Part shown: in pieces, positions 9,294-19,722 of the stretch
Layout of the letters: each line of letters starts with the position of its first letter
Position numbering within the stretch: position 1 is the stretch's first letter
Assembly: GCA_017558115.1 (NCBI GenBank)
Contig: JAFYWG010000061.1
Coordinates: forward strand, 83,287 to 147,286
Direction: 5' to 3'
DNA: 64,000 nucleotides
Origin: Alistipes sp.
Lineage (GTDB): Bacteria; Bacteroidota; Bacteroidia; Bacteroidales; Rikenellaceae
Position numbers and translations under genes: made by a program
The notes under the pieces: generated by a model
Database searches by the model: none
The model's input: only the letters and a program-made list of their open reading frames with translations
What the model was told of the DNA's origin: nothing

Positions 9294-10598
9294 TTAGTCG
9301 TTGTGGCGTAGGTCGAAGAACTTAACTACCTTGCGACTCATGGGTGGTGTCTGTATGCGTGAGATAAGCTCCACCGACTCAAACTGAATGTCGGGGGCTA
9401 CGCGCACTTTAGAGCGGAAGATATCCTTAATCTGCTTGACAAAGGCCTCGGAGTGGTTGTTGCTGCCGATGCGTATCTGTATCTGGTCGGTGCCCAACGA
9501 GTTGGTAAAGACCTCGACGATGTAGTTCTCCACCTCGGGGATGTTGTCGAGGATGTCGAAGAGGATAGGGGGGTAGATTGTCGTGCCCTTGAACTTAATC
9601 ATCTGGTTCTTGCGGCCAATAACCGAGCTTAGGCGTGCGCTATTTCTGCCACATGTGCAGGGCTCGCTCATGCGTATGCAGATGTCGCCAGTCTTGAAGC
9701 GCAACAGGGGCATAGCCTCAACGCCAAGCGTGGTGATGGTAACCTCGCCAGGCTCGCCGTCCGCTACGGGCTGGTTGTGCTCGTCCAAGAGTTCGACGAT
9801 AATCAAGTCAGAGGGTATATGGCCACCACGGTGTACCTCACACTCCGTGAACGATGTCTGCATCTCGGTAGATGCGTATGTCGAGAATAGTTCCAACGAG
9901 GGCCACTTTTCGTGTATCTTAGAGCCGAGTGTCGTGAGCTCGCCATCGGGTGTGCGCAAAGCCTCGCCGATACATATTGCGCGCTTGAGGTTTGAGACGT
10001 TGTGGTCGATGTTGTTCTTCTCGGCAAACTCTATCATCTTGGTAAGGAACGAGGGCACGACGATACATGTTGTAGACTTCACGCGCTTAATGGTGTCCCA
10101 CTGCAACTCAGGTATGCCATTACCCACGCGCACGATGCCCGAGCCCAACTCTCGCGCACCGAGGAAGTAGGCCAAGCCCGCCATGAAGCGGCGGTCGATG
10201 GTGGTCATAAGCTGTATGACATCCTCCTTAGTGCAACCCGCCATGGTGAATGACGATGCCTCGTTGTAGGCTAAGCGCTGGAGGTCGTTTTCGGTAAGGG
10301 CGAAGGTCACGGGCTCGCCGAGCGTGCCAGAGGTTGTGACGTAGTCGATAACCTTAATGGGGTCTACGCAGAGGAAGTCGGCGTTGTGCGACTGCAGATC
10401 CTGCTTCGAGGTGGTGGGTATCTTGGCGAGGTCCGCAATGCTCTTTATCGTCGTGATGTCGATATTGTTGCTCTCGAACATGCGACGATAGAATATAGAG
10501 TGCTCCTGCAGGTAGGCAAGAGCCTCGCGTAGTCGCTCCTCCTGAAACGCCACTATCTCCGATGGTGTTTTGTAGTGAAGTGTTATGTCCTTTATCAT
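9294..10598 (-). CDS. Phenylacetate-CoA-ligase-like AMP-dependent aryl-CoA ligase (probable 4-coumarate starter activation)
   Basis: TTSGTLGEP, YASTE and PLLRFKTGD; last gene of the aryl-polyene cluster. Confidence 0.88.
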   Translation of the reverse strand: MIKDITLHYKTPSEIVAFQEERLREALAYLQEHSIFYRRMFESNNIDITTIKSIADLAKIPTTSKQDLQSHNADFLCVDPIKVIDYVTTSGTLGEPVTFALTENDLQRLAYNEASSFTMAGCTKEDVIQLMTTIDRRFMAGLAYFLGARELGSGIVRVGNGIPELQWDTIKRVKSTTCIVVPSFLTKMIEFAEKNNIDHNVSNLKRAICIGEALRTPDGELTTLGSKIHEKWPSLELFSTYASTEMQTSFTECEVHRGGHIPSDLIIVELLDEHNQPVADGEPGEVTITTLGVEAMPLLRFKTGDICIRMSEPCTCGRNSARLSSVIGRKNQMIKFKGTTIYPPILFDILDNIPEVENYIVEVFTNSLGTDQIQIRIGSNNHSEAFVKQIKDIFRSKVRVAPDIQFESVELISRIQTPPMSRKVVKFFDLRHND

Positions 10599-10600
10599 AT

Positions 10601-12235
10601 CTATGACTTTTTTATTTTTCTCTCTATTGCCCTTCTCTCGGTTATGCGGGGTATCTCCATCTCCAATGCCTGCTGCCAGAGTCTACGAGCCTCGACTCTA
10701 TCGCCCATTGCGCGCATGTAGTCACCCAAGATGTCGTAGGTGAGGAAGAGGTGTGGGTTGAGCGCCTCGAACTCGCGTAGTAGCTCATCCTCCACTCTGC
10801 GGCGCTCATTGGTGTGTGTGCGCAGCAGGTCGCAAAGCTCCCTGAAACGGTATATGCGTGGGCATATCTCGGCTATGGCAGCCTCGTCCGCGGCTATCGT
10901 CAACTCCTCGAGTGCGTAGCTATGCTTGTTTGCCATCTCACCACGGAATATCTTACCGATGTCGTAGCATACGAACTCGCCAAGCTGCCATGGCGCGGTA
11001 GATACCCAGAGGCGTAGCTTCGTGGGCTCGAAGACTACACTGTGGAAGGCAACGAGCTGGTTTAGTGTCTTCTCGTTGCTGAGGCCTATCTCGCAATCAC
11101 CCTTGCCGCGTGTGTCGCGCAGGATGTTGATGGCGCTATGCACATCTATTGGTGCGTGGCGATCGAAGAGCTCCTGAAGTCGCGCGTAGCGGTAGGGACT
11201 ATCCGATGTCGCCATGTTTTGTCTGTTGTGCTTCTGGTGTTTTAGTGCCTCGGACTGCGCATGGTTCGTGCAGAGGATGTGGCTCTTATTAGTGCGATAT
11301 ATCGCTGTGCACGAGGGTGTCTTCTCGATGATTGCCGCGCAGCCATCCTTAGCCGATGCCACGAGCATAGACTCCGATACGAAGCACTTAAACTGCATGG
11401 CTATGATATATGCCTCATCTATGGTCGAAGCGTGCTGCAATATGTGGCGTGCAACAAGCGAGATGGGCATTGCCGAGGAGGTGGGTATAGCACCCTCTAA
11501 GGCATTTAGCGTGATGCTTAGGCCATGCTCGTTCATGCCCGATACCACACCCATCATGCCGGGCCACGATAGCGACACAAAGCGGTAGCCAGAGGTGGGC
11601 TCCATGAAGAGCACTATCTTGTTTTTAGCAAACTCCTCGCCCATCGAGAAGTCGAAGTTGCGGGCTACGATAAGCTCGCCCGAAGCGCTGCTCTTGCCCC
11701 ATGCCGCAAAGCTCGTGCAACCCACAAGCATATACTTCTGCATGGCGTGGCCTATGTCGTGGGCAGCGTGGTAGTTGAGCTGGCGCACATAGTTCGATCC
11801 ATAGCGCAGATATTCGTCACTCGCCGAGAGCGACATGGCGTATATCTCGTTGCGATACTCCTCGGGGATGTGACGCGCCATATTGCGGTTGAAGAAGATG
11901 ATAACCTTATGCAGAAAGTCGACCCAGCGGCGTGAGGGTATCATCTGGTGTATGCTACTATTGAATGTATCCTCCTGGTGCTTAATGAGGTCGCTGCATA
12001 GCTTGCCATATGTTGCTCCGCGCTCCACGGCCTCGCCAACGATGTGTGCCTCCCAAAGGCCGAAGCGGTTTTTGTTAAGCGTGCTCCGATTATGCTTGGC
12101 TATGGCCTCCACATCGATCTCTATCTTGGGTTCGAGGAAGTCTGCTCGATGGTACAGCACCACAGCGATGGTGATAAGTGTCACCATCACAAGTAGCAGT
12201 GCTACAACGATCCAAACGAGAACCATCCAATCCAT
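10601..12235 (-). CDS. C45-family Ntn hydrolase/acyltransferase, membrane-anchored, with TPR-like C-terminus
   Basis: Autocleavage site LVGC-TSF, ARNFDF, SGMNEHG and TNH; N-terminal TM helix. Confidence 0.85.
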   Translation of the reverse strand: MDWMVLVWIVVALLLVMVTLITIAVVLYHRADFLEPKIEIDVEAIAKHNRSTLNKNRFGLWEAHIVGEAVERGATYGKLCSDLIKHQEDTFNSSIHQMIPSRRWVDFLHKVIIFFNRNMARHIPEEYRNEIYAMSLSASDEYLRYGSNYVRQLNYHAAHDIGHAMQKYMLVGCTSFAAWGKSSASGELIVARNFDFSMGEEFAKNKIVLFMEPTSGYRFVSLSWPGMMGVVSGMNEHGLSITLNALEGAIPTSSAMPISLVARHILQHASTIDEAYIIAMQFKCFVSESMLVASAKDGCAAIIEKTPSCTAIYRTNKSHILCTNHAQSEALKHQKHNRQNMATSDSPYRYARLQELFDRHAPIDVHSAINILRDTRGKGDCEIGLSNEKTLNQLVAFHSVVFEPTKLRLWVSTAPWQLGEFVCYDIGKIFRGEMANKHSYALEELTIAADEAAIAEICPRIYRFRELCDLLRTHTNERRRVEDELLREFEALNPHLFLTYDILGDYMRAMGDRVEARRLWQQALEMEIPRITERRAIERKIKKS

Positions 12236-12246
12236 AGTACGACGGC

Positions 12247-13743
12247 TTATGCGTTACCAATCTTCTTTGCCAAGTACTCCTCGCCGAGAATCTCCGAGCA
12301 GGTTACTGCCGAAGAGATGGTTGCGCCGAGGCAGCCATGTATGTTGAGGCTCTGACCCGTAATCAAGAGGTTAGAGATCTTGGTGCGTGCAAAGACGAGC
12401 GATGCCAAGGGATTGCGGCAATCCTTAACCAAGCCGTAGGCGCTACCCTCGGGTGTTGAGGTGTAGTCGCGGTAGGTGAGGGGCGATGCGGTGTGTATCA
12501 TCTCGATGTTGCCCTTGAGGCTGGGGTTGAACTGCGATACGAAGTCGATAACGGCGTTGCCGAACTGCTCCTTGAATGCCTTGTAATCCTCGCCGCGACG
12601 GCCTACGGTGGTGTCGGCCCAGCGTGCGCACTGCTCAAAGGGCATGGGCACAAGTAGGCTGATAACCTCGGTGTACTCGTTGCGCGAGTTGGGCTGCATG
12701 CACATTAACACGCCAGGGATGTTGACACCCTTATACATGCCCTCCAAGCCCCAAACGTCGTCGATGTTGAAGTAGAAGTGGTTGTTGTTCTCGTACTTCA
12801 CGGTGTTGGGCTTCATCAAGAGGTATGTGGTGAAGATGCCGTAGGTGTTGGCCAACGAGTTCATACGCGTGAAGAATGCCTTCTTGTAGATGGTGTTGTT
12901 CTCGAGCATCGAGAAGGTTGTGGAGGGGTGGATAGATGATATGACCCTCTCGCCATACAATCTCTCACCCGATGTCAACTCCACATACTCCGCCTTGTCG
13001 CCCTCGAGGTGAATCTTCTGCACGCGGGCATTGAGGTGCACCTCGCCACCATTACGCTCAATCTGGCGCACCATGAGGTCGGCGAGCTGCTGCGAGCCAT
13101 CCTCAAAGGCGTAGGCACCCTGAATATATGAGTGGGTGATAACGCCATACTCATACATCGAAGTGGTGAGTCTGTTGCCAGCATAGAGACCCGTATTTCC
13201 TGCCATGACGTTGCGCAGGCGGTCGTTAGAGATGGCCTTCTCAATCTCGCCATATGCCGAAACAGAGGTGTAGTCCTTGCCACCACGATTGTAGAGTTTA
13301 CCTTCGCGCAACACCTCAGGGGCGATCATGTCGCCTATGTTCTGCATCTTACCCACGATGGTCTCGATACCCTTGCGGTCCTCGGGAAAGCGCGATGCGA
13401 GAGTGTCGACGAAGCGCTCGTTGCCCGAAGCATGGCTATACACCTCGCCATCCATAAAGTGGAAATAGTCGAAGCCGTCGTCGCTGAGCTTTCTGAGGCG
13501 TAGGTCGTCGGTGATGCCGAAATATTTGAAGTATTGGTGCATAATCTCGCCCTCGCCCATGCTGCCTATGTAGTGCATGCCGGTGTCGAGAGTGCGACCG
13601 TGGCGTTTGAACGACTGCAAGCAGCCGCCAATGACGCTGTGCTGCTCGAGGACACATACGCTGAGACCCTCCTTGCTAAGGATGATACCACTCGTAAGGC
13701 CGCCGATGCCTCCACCAATAATTATAACATCATACTTTTTCAT
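12247..13743 (-). CDS. FAD-dependent oxidoreductase, phytoene desaturase/retinol saturase family
   Basis: GGGIGG Rossmann motif, DTGMHYIG, PLTYRDY, GSAYG and TGQSLNIHGCLG. Confidence 0.88.
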   Translation of the reverse strand: MKKYDVIIIGGGIGGLTSGIILSKEGLSVCVLEQHSVIGGCLQSFKRHGRTLDTGMHYIGSMGEGEIMHQYFKYFGITDDLRLRKLSDDGFDYFHFMDGEVYSHASGNERFVDTLASRFPEDRKGIETIVGKMQNIGDMIAPEVLREGKLYNRGGKDYTSVSAYGEIEKAISNDRLRNVMAGNTGLYAGNRLTTSMYEYGVITHSYIQGAYAFEDGSQQLADLMVRQIERNGGEVHLNARVQKIHLEGDKAEYVELTSGERLYGERVISSIHPSTTFSMLENNTIYKKAFFTRMNSLANTYGIFTTYLLMKPNTVKYENNNHFYFNIDDVWGLEGMYKGVNIPGVLMCMQPNSRNEYTEVISLLVPMPFEQCARWADTTVGRRGEDYKAFKEQFGNAVIDFVSQFNPSLKGNIEMIHTASPLTYRDYTSTPEGSAYGLVKDCRNPLASLVFARTKISNLLITGQSLNIHGCLGATISSAVTCSEILGEEYLAKKIGNA

Positions 13744-16700
13744 TATCTCTGAGTTTTAATATATACAGCGTTTCAGAACTATGCTTCCAGAATTTGCTAA
13801 TCTCAATCTCCATGTTGTGCTTAAGGGCAAATTCGCGCATCCACTCCTCGCTTACGAAGCATAGGTCGGAGGTGGTCTTGTTGAACTTAAGAAGCTTTGT
13901 GCTCCATAGCTCGGTGAGCTCTATGAGGTTGTGGGCTTTGCTATGCGATGTGTTACCGTCGCGCACGATGATGCAACCGCCCGGGTTGAGGCTATTGATA
14001 GCGCGCTCCAACACGCTCTGCTGGCTCTCCATGCTGATGTAGTGTAGACTATCGCTAAAGAGTATGTAATCCGACATAGGGAAGTCGATGCTACACATGT
14101 CGCCACACATAAACTGCACCTTGTTGCGACGTCCGAGGAAGGAGTGGCGTGCAACCTCAATCTTATGCTCGTCGTAGTCGATGGCGTATATCTTACGCTC
14201 GGGGGCAAGGCTACTGAGCATGAAGTCCATCTGTGCATTTCCCGCGCCCACGTCGGTGATTGTGGCATTGCGAGGTATGAGCCTGTCGTAGAGGTCGTAG
14301 TAGCCATCCATGCGGCACTTAATCCTCATATACCACTCCATAACGGGGCCCTTGTATATGTAGTTGCGTATGATTAGCGACCTAAAGTATCGGTTGTGTG
14401 TGCGACTAAACTCCTCACACATAGCGTTGTACTCCTTGACAAAGTGGCGGCGTAGGCTCTTTGCCTGCTCCTGGTATGTTGCGCCGTAGGTGGTATCGCC
14501 ATGCTCGATGCGTGGCAAGATGCGCGTAGCCATGATACCGCCATTTATGTAGAATCCCTGGTGCTTTGCGGCGAGGTAACCTGCGCCATAGATGACAACA
14601 GGCAATACATCCACCTTGAGCAACTGAGCGAGGTAGAAGGCGCCCTTGTGGAAGCGCTGTATAGAGCAGTTGGCAGAGCGTGTGCCCTCGGGGAATACCA
14701 CTACGGAGTAGCCCTCTGCGACGCGCTCCTTGATCCTCTCGGCCAACGCCTCGTAGCCATCGGCAGCGTGGTGGAAGTCGGCATATCTGATTACACTGCC
14801 GAAGAATGGCGAGTTCCACACCCAACTATTTGTCACCATAACGACCTTCGGTGTCAGGGAGAGTAGGAGCAGAATATCGGCAAACGACTGGTGGTTGGCG
14901 ATGATAACTGCAGGCCTATCGAAGCGCTCCTTAGTGGGGTTCTGGCGCACGGTCTTCACGCCAATGAGTGATGCGACAAATAGGCGTATGAAGATATGTA
15001 CGGCGTAGTGGAATGCCGCCTTCTTGCTGCGGCGCTTGATGGGTGTGAGCCTAAGCACAAAGATGCATATCTGCAGCACGACACAGCCCAAAAGGAAATA
15101 GACGAAGGTGTATATAGTGACGAGCACCACACCAAAGGTGTAGGGTAGCTTGCCCTTTGTGGTTTGGCTGGTTACAAAGATGCGGAACAGAAGTGGCTGT
15201 ATGGTGTAGGATACAAGCACCACGATGCTAAGTCCAAGCACTGAGATGAGGGCGATAGACTTTAGCGCAGGGTGCTCCGCGAATATCAGCACACCCATGC
15301 CAACAATAGCGGTGAAGGCGGAGAAGAATATCGCCGTCTTATGTGCGCCCAACACCCTCTTACCGCTCTTATACTCGGCCAATAGTCCATCCATTATGAA
15401 GATGCTGAAGTCGTCGCCTATGCCGAAGATAAAGGTGGCAAGGATGATGTTCACGATGTTGAACTTGATGTCGAAGAGCGCCATCATGCCCAAGATGAGT
15501 GCCCAGCTTATCGCCATGGGGAGGAAGGTGAGCAACGTGAGCTCAATGCGGCCATACGATATGAAGAGTGCCACAAAGACAATCAACGACGATACAAGCA
15601 GGATGTAGTTAAAATCGTTGCTTGTGGCCTCAACCATCTTTGCAGAGAAGTAGCTGCGGTCGATAACGGTAGTGTTGGGCAAGGCATCTATCTCTTTGTA
15701 GAGCTCCGCTTTTTGCTCCTCGGCAACAACCACACGGCATAAGAGAGACGAAAACTCCTCGCTGTGCGCCACCCACTCCGCAACGATGGGAATAGAACCT
15801 ATCTCCTCGGCGCTATAGCCACATGGGGTGTACTCACGGCTAATAAGCTCCTCGAAACGAGCAAAAGCTCCATGCTTGAAGCCCTTGGCCGTAGCCACCT
15901 CCTCGAGTGTAGCAAGGGTCGTGGTGCGGTGCTCATTCCAGAAGGCCTCCCAGCGCGCTATGCGCATCTCCTGCTCCTCGGCAGGGATAACGAAGTTTGC
16001 AATCGTAACGACCTCGTCTACAACGCCCTCTGCATGACGCTTGCGGAGCAGTTCGTCGAGTGCTGCATACTCCTCGGTTGTGGTAGCAAGGCTCGCTCCA
16101 CCCGTAACGATATATACGTCGTTACTCTGGTCGCCCAATATCTCCATCGAGTGTTCCTCGCCCTTTATGATATGCTCGGGGACGTAGTTTATGTTTGACA
16201 TATCCTCGTCGAACTCCACCTTGTCATAGAAGAAGAGTGCACCTATGGTCAGCAACATGATGGGTAGCACAATCCACTTATTGGCCTCATAGTGGTAGCC
16301 AACAGCGGTCTCAATCCTCTCTAATAGCGGGCTACGCTTCGTAGAGTCGAAGCCACGCAGGAAGTGGGGTAGGAAGACAAGGCTAAAGAGTGTGGTGCCG
16401 ATGAGCGAGAATACGGAGAAGAGACCCATATCCTGAAGCAGGGGCGACGAGGTGAAGATAAGTGCAGCAAAGGCACCTATCGTGGTGAAGCAACCTATGG
16501 TCAAGGGGCCAGTGAGCTCCTTAAGAATCTCCGTGGGCGATGAGCAACTGTTGAGGTGCGCCACGATGTGTATCGAGTAGCTTAGTGAGATGCCTATGAT
16601 TACCGTGCCAGCACCTATGGCGATGGTAGAGATCTCGCCCTGAATAGCCCATACACAGGCCAAGGCGAAGAGCACACCAAAGATTGGAGGTATGATGATA

Positions 16701-17566
16701 AGGGGTATAGAGCGGCGGTTTCTAAAGCTAAAGAAGATGACCGCAATGATGATTACAAGGGCTATGATACCCGTAATCAAAGAGTCCATCTTTATCTGTC
16801 GAGCGTTATATACCGCAACGATGGGGCCACCGATAACCTCGAGTTCTATGCCCTCATGCTCTGCACAGCTCTCTGCATGCTCCAAGCCGCTCACCAAAGC
16901 GTCGTTGGCGCCTGTGTCGCCCATGCCATTGGCGGGCTGTATGAAGATGAGCATAGTGGATAGATCTTCGGTGAAGAGTCTACCCTCGTATATCTGATAC
17001 TCCATATCGGGTGCGAAGGCCTCGAACTCCTGGAGTAGGGGTGTGCCAATATTTATGGGGTCCTGCATCACCACGTCGCCCACAACCATGCCTGAGGGCG
17101 AGGTAAGAAGATTGTAGACGTTGTCCACCGCAGCCTCGATGCTCTCTTTATTGAGGTTCGCTTCGAGTGCAGCATAGTCCTCATCGTCGAGGAAGATGGG
17201 TAGGTTGTCGTAGACGAAATCGGTGCAGGCGTTGATGGTATCCTCGTTGGCATGTGACGTCACAGAGCTAATAAGTCCATGCTCCACCATGGGCGCTATT
17301 TCGGCCTCGAAGCGCTCGGCAGCGGCGATCATAGCATCGGCATCGGTGCCATTTATCATCACTACGATCTTATCCTTGACCGCAACATTGGCAAACGAGG
17401 CGCTCTTCTTGTCGTTGTCGCTACCGAAGAAGTTGGTGATATCCTCCTGGAACGACATCTGCGACGCCATGATACCACAGAGGGCTATAGTAGCAACGAG
17501 CACGACATAGAATGTTACTCTATGTCGCTCAAACCACTCGTATATGTATATGAATATTCTACTCAT
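13730..17566 (-). CDS. Trifunctional MMPL-family exporter / PlsC-type acyltransferase / SAM methyltransferase
   Basis: Two MMPL TM repeats (GISLSYSIH, GIGDDFSIF), acyltransferase motifs NHQSFAD and FPEGTRS, and methyltransferase motif DVGAGNA. Confidence 0.9.
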   Translation of the reverse strand: MSRIFIYIYEWFERHRVTFYVVLVATIALCGIMASQMSFQEDITNFFGSDNDKKSASFANVAVKDKIVVMINGTDADAMIAAAERFEAEIAPMVEHGLISSVTSHANEDTINACTDFVYDNLPIFLDDEDYAALEANLNKESIEAAVDNVYNLLTSPSGMVVGDVVMQDPINIGTPLLQEFEAFAPDMEYQIYEGRLFTEDLSTMLIFIQPANGMGDTGANDALVSGLEHAESCAEHEGIELEVIGGPIVAVYNARQIKMDSLITGIIALVIIIAVIFFSFRNRRSIPLIIIPPIFGVLFALACVWAIQGEISTIAIGAGTVIIGISLSYSIHIVAHLNSCSSPTEILKELTGPLTIGCFTTIGAFAALIFTSSPLLQDMGLFSVFSLIGTTLFSLVFLPHFLRGFDSTKRSPLLERIETAVGYHYEANKWIVLPIMLLTIGALFFYDKVEFDEDMSNINYVPEHIIKGEEHSMEILGDQSNDVYIVTGGASLATTTEEYAALDELLRKRHAEGVVDEVVTIANFVIPAEEQEMRIARWEAFWNEHRTTTLATLEEVATAKGFKHGAFARFEELISREYTPCGYSAEEIGSIPIVAEWVAHSEEFSSLLCRVVVAEEQKAELYKEIDALPNTTVIDRSYFSAKMVEATSNDFNYILLVSSLIVFVALFISYGRIELTLLTFLPMAISWALILGMMALFDIKFNIVNIILATFIFGIGDDFSIFIMDGLLAEYKSGKRVLGAHKTAIFFSAFTAIVGMGVLIFAEHPALKSIALISVLGLSIVVLVSYTIQPLLFRIFVTSQTTKGKLPYTFGVVLVTIYTFVYFLLGCVVLQICIFVLRLTPIKRRSKKAAFHYAVHIFIRLFVASLIGVKTVRQNPTKERFDRPAVIIANHQSFADILLLLSLTPKVVMVTNSWVWNSPFFGSVIRYADFHHAADGYEALAERIKERVAEGYSVVVFPEGTRSANCSIQRFHKGAFYLAQLLKVDVLPVVIYGAGYLAAKHQGFYINGGIMATRILPRIEHGDTTYGATYQEQAKSLRRHFVKEYNAMCEEFSRTHNRYFRSLIIRNYIYKGPVMEWYMRIKCRMDGYYDLYDRLIPRNATITDVGAGNAQMDFMLSSLAPERKIYAIDYDEHKIEVARHSFLGRRNKVQFMCGDMCSIDFPMSDYILFSDSLHYISMESQQSVLERAINSLNPGGCIIVRDGNTSHSKAHNLIELTELWSTKLLKFNKTTSDLCFVSEEWMREFALKHNMEIEISKFWKHSSETLYILKLRDNEKV

Positions 17567-18746
17567 GACTCACGTTACGTTTACACTTCTTCATTATGCA
17601 GAGCGCTATGATAAATGCTATGACACCGAGTATAAGACCAAGGGCCACGCTACCCACGAAGTACTGGTTGATGTCCTGCATAACCGTCTGCTCGGATATA
17701 TTCTCAAGGCGCGCATAGTTCTCTATGCCAAGTATCTCGGCACCAAGCACCATGCTGCAATAGAGGATAAGGGGGATGAGTGGCGGTATACTCACGCCAG
17801 TAAATGCCGCTGCCACAATCTTGTTGAGTCCGAAGATGTGTGCCAGGACGCCCGCAACGATATACTGCCAGCCCCATGTGGGTAGCACGCTGCAGAACAC
17901 ACCCAGGGCGATTGCCAACGATAGCTTGGCGTTAGACTCCTTGCTGTGTATGACATGCTTAGCCATGAACTTCTTAACGTTCGATGGCGAGAGCTGGCGG
18001 AAGAAGCGCCAGGGGTAGTAGAATATAAGTGCGTAGAGCACCAATACGGTGTTAAGTATGCTGATGCGTGTGAAGTCCTTAAAGGGGCGGAAGTGCGATA
18101 CACGCTCCTCAACTGGGGGATAGTATACCTTGATAGGCACGTTCTCGACATTTATGCCACGCCACGCAGCACGCACGATAATCTCCACCTCAAACTCGTA
18201 GCGACGCGTGAGGAGGCGTATGTCCTGAATAACCTTTAAGGGGTATAGTCTGTAGCCCGACTGCGTGTCGGTGAGGCGCTTACCCGTCTCTACCTTATAC
18301 CAGAAGTTCGAGAACTTATTGGCAAAGGTATTCTTCGATGGCATGTTGTCTGCCGCGAGGTTACGCGCACCCACAAGGAGGCTCTCGGGCTCCTCCTCAA
18401 TGCGCTTGATAAATACGGGGATGTCGTCGGCATAGTGCTGACCGTCGGCATCTATGGTTATGGCGTACTCGAAGCCCCACTCGTAGGCACTCCTAAGGCC
18501 GAGCTTTAGAGCGTAGCCCTTGCCCTTGTTCTTGGCATAGGCTATGACCTTGATGCCCTCGATTGCTGCCAGTACCTCAGCGGTGTTGTCCGTAGAGCCA
18601 TCGTTCACAACAATGACATCCGAGGCATACTCCTTAACCTGGGCAATGACCGTAGCAATGGTGCCGACATTGTTGTATGTCGGAATAATCACGGCGCACT
18701 TAAGGGCTTTAAGTCTCTCGCGGGGTGTAAGCATAGCACTCTCCAT
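17559..18746 (-). CDS. GT2 glycosyltransferase with C-terminal DUF2062-like membrane domain
   Basis: IIPTYN, VNDGSTD, NKGKG, DADGQH, DTQSGYR and YEFEVE; hydrophobic C-terminus. Confidence 0.9.
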   Translation of the reverse strand: MESAMLTPRERLKALKCAVIIPTYNNVGTIATVIAQVKEYASDVIVVNDGSTDNTAEVLAAIEGIKVIAYAKNKGKGYALKLGLRSAYEWGFEYAITIDADGQHYADDIPVFIKRIEEEPESLLVGARNLAADNMPSKNTFANKFSNFWYKVETGKRLTDTQSGYRLYPLKVIQDIRLLTRRYEFEVEIIVRAAWRGINVENVPIKVYYPPVEERVSHFRPFKDFTRISILNTVLVLYALIFYYPWRFFRQLSPSNVKKFMAKHVIHSKESNAKLSLAIALGVFCSVLPTWGWQYIVAGVLAHIFGLNKIVAAAFTGVSIPPLIPLILYCSMVLGAEILGIENYARLENISEQTVMQDINQYFVGSVALGLILGVIAFIIALCIMKKCKRNVSHE

Positions 18747-19105
18747 TATCGTATCTCGGCACGTAGTTTGAGTACTGTCTGCTGGTTGTCGCAGCGCTCC
18801 ACCGTAGCCTTGAGCTTAGTGTCGCTGAGCGATAGGTTGATAGCTATGCGCAAGCCCTCCTCGGGAATGAGCGCAGAGACATATTTGCAATCCTTTATCG
18901 AGGCGAATGATACTGGACGAGAGAGTATCTCGCCGAGTGTCTCGCGGATGATAGTAAGGGTGCATACGCCAGGTACAACGGGCTGCGAGGGGAAGTGTCC
19001 CTCGTAGATTGGATGCTCCTTAGCTAGTGTCACAACCACGTTGTGCTCACCCTCGGCGGGTGATGTGATGCTGTTGGTGGTATAAAAATTACCCTCTAAA
19101 CGCAT
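18746..19105 (-). CDS. FabZ-like 3-hydroxyacyl-ACP dehydratase (ApeI-like)
   Basis: HPIYEGHFPSQPVVPGV. Confidence 0.87.
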   Translation of the reverse strand: MRLEGNFYTTNSITSPAEGEHNVVVTLAKEHPIYEGHFPSQPVVPGVCTLTIIRETLGEILSRPVSFASIKDCKYVSALIPEEGLRIAINLSLSDTKLKATVERCDNQQTVLKLRAEIR

Positions 19106-19110
19106 AATCG

Positions 19111-19722
19111 TTATATCTTAAAAAGTTGACCATCAATGGTCACGTTAAATCTCTTATTTGTAAACAGGTACATCGTATAATCGCCCGACTTCTCGACCAT
19201 CTTGAGGCGATTTATCGACATATCTGCGCGGTTAAATATAAGCTCCACTTCCGCAATCTTTGCTCCTAGTTTGCCGCGCTCGGGTTTTAGCACCACTCGC
19301 CACTCCGTGTCGCTCTTGGTGATAGAAGGGACGAAACCCTTTGCTATGTTGGCCATGTCGCCCTTCATGCAGGCTGTAAGCATTGCGCTTAGCTGCTTAA
19401 GCATAGGGTTGGAGCTTGTGCTACGCTTTGTTACGCTCGCGCCACTCTTCATCTCGAACCACTCCGCCGAGAGCTTTATATAGTCGCCATCGTCGAACGA
19501 TAAGAGTATGTTGTTGGGCTCGAGGTAGTAGAAGTCGCCCTCCTTTGTTACAACATCTGTCAGCACCGCCACTTCGCGTCTCTCAGTCAATGCGGCATGG
19601 ATAGATGTTACGTTCTTGTTCCTTGCCTTTAGCTCGCGCTCGAACTCCTCCTGGAGGCTCTGTGCCGAGGCGCTGAGGCCCACAAAAAGCAGCAGCGCAG
19701 TAAGTAATAACCTAATCCTCAT
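19111..19722 (-). CDS. LolA-like periplasmic carrier protein
   Basis: Signal peptide, LolA-like pattern (EGDFYY, EKSGDYT), ~200 aa, cluster context. Confidence 0.75.
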   Translation of the reverse strand: MRIRLLLTALLLFVGLSASAQSLQEEFERELKARNKNVTSIHAALTERREVAVLTDVVTKEGDFYYLEPNNILLSFDDGDYIKLSAEWFEMKSGASVTKRSTSSNPMLKQLSAMLTACMKGDMANIAKGFVPSITKSDTEWRVVLKPERGKLGAKIAEVELIFNRADMSINRLKMVEKSGDYTMYLFTNKRFNVTIDGQLFKI

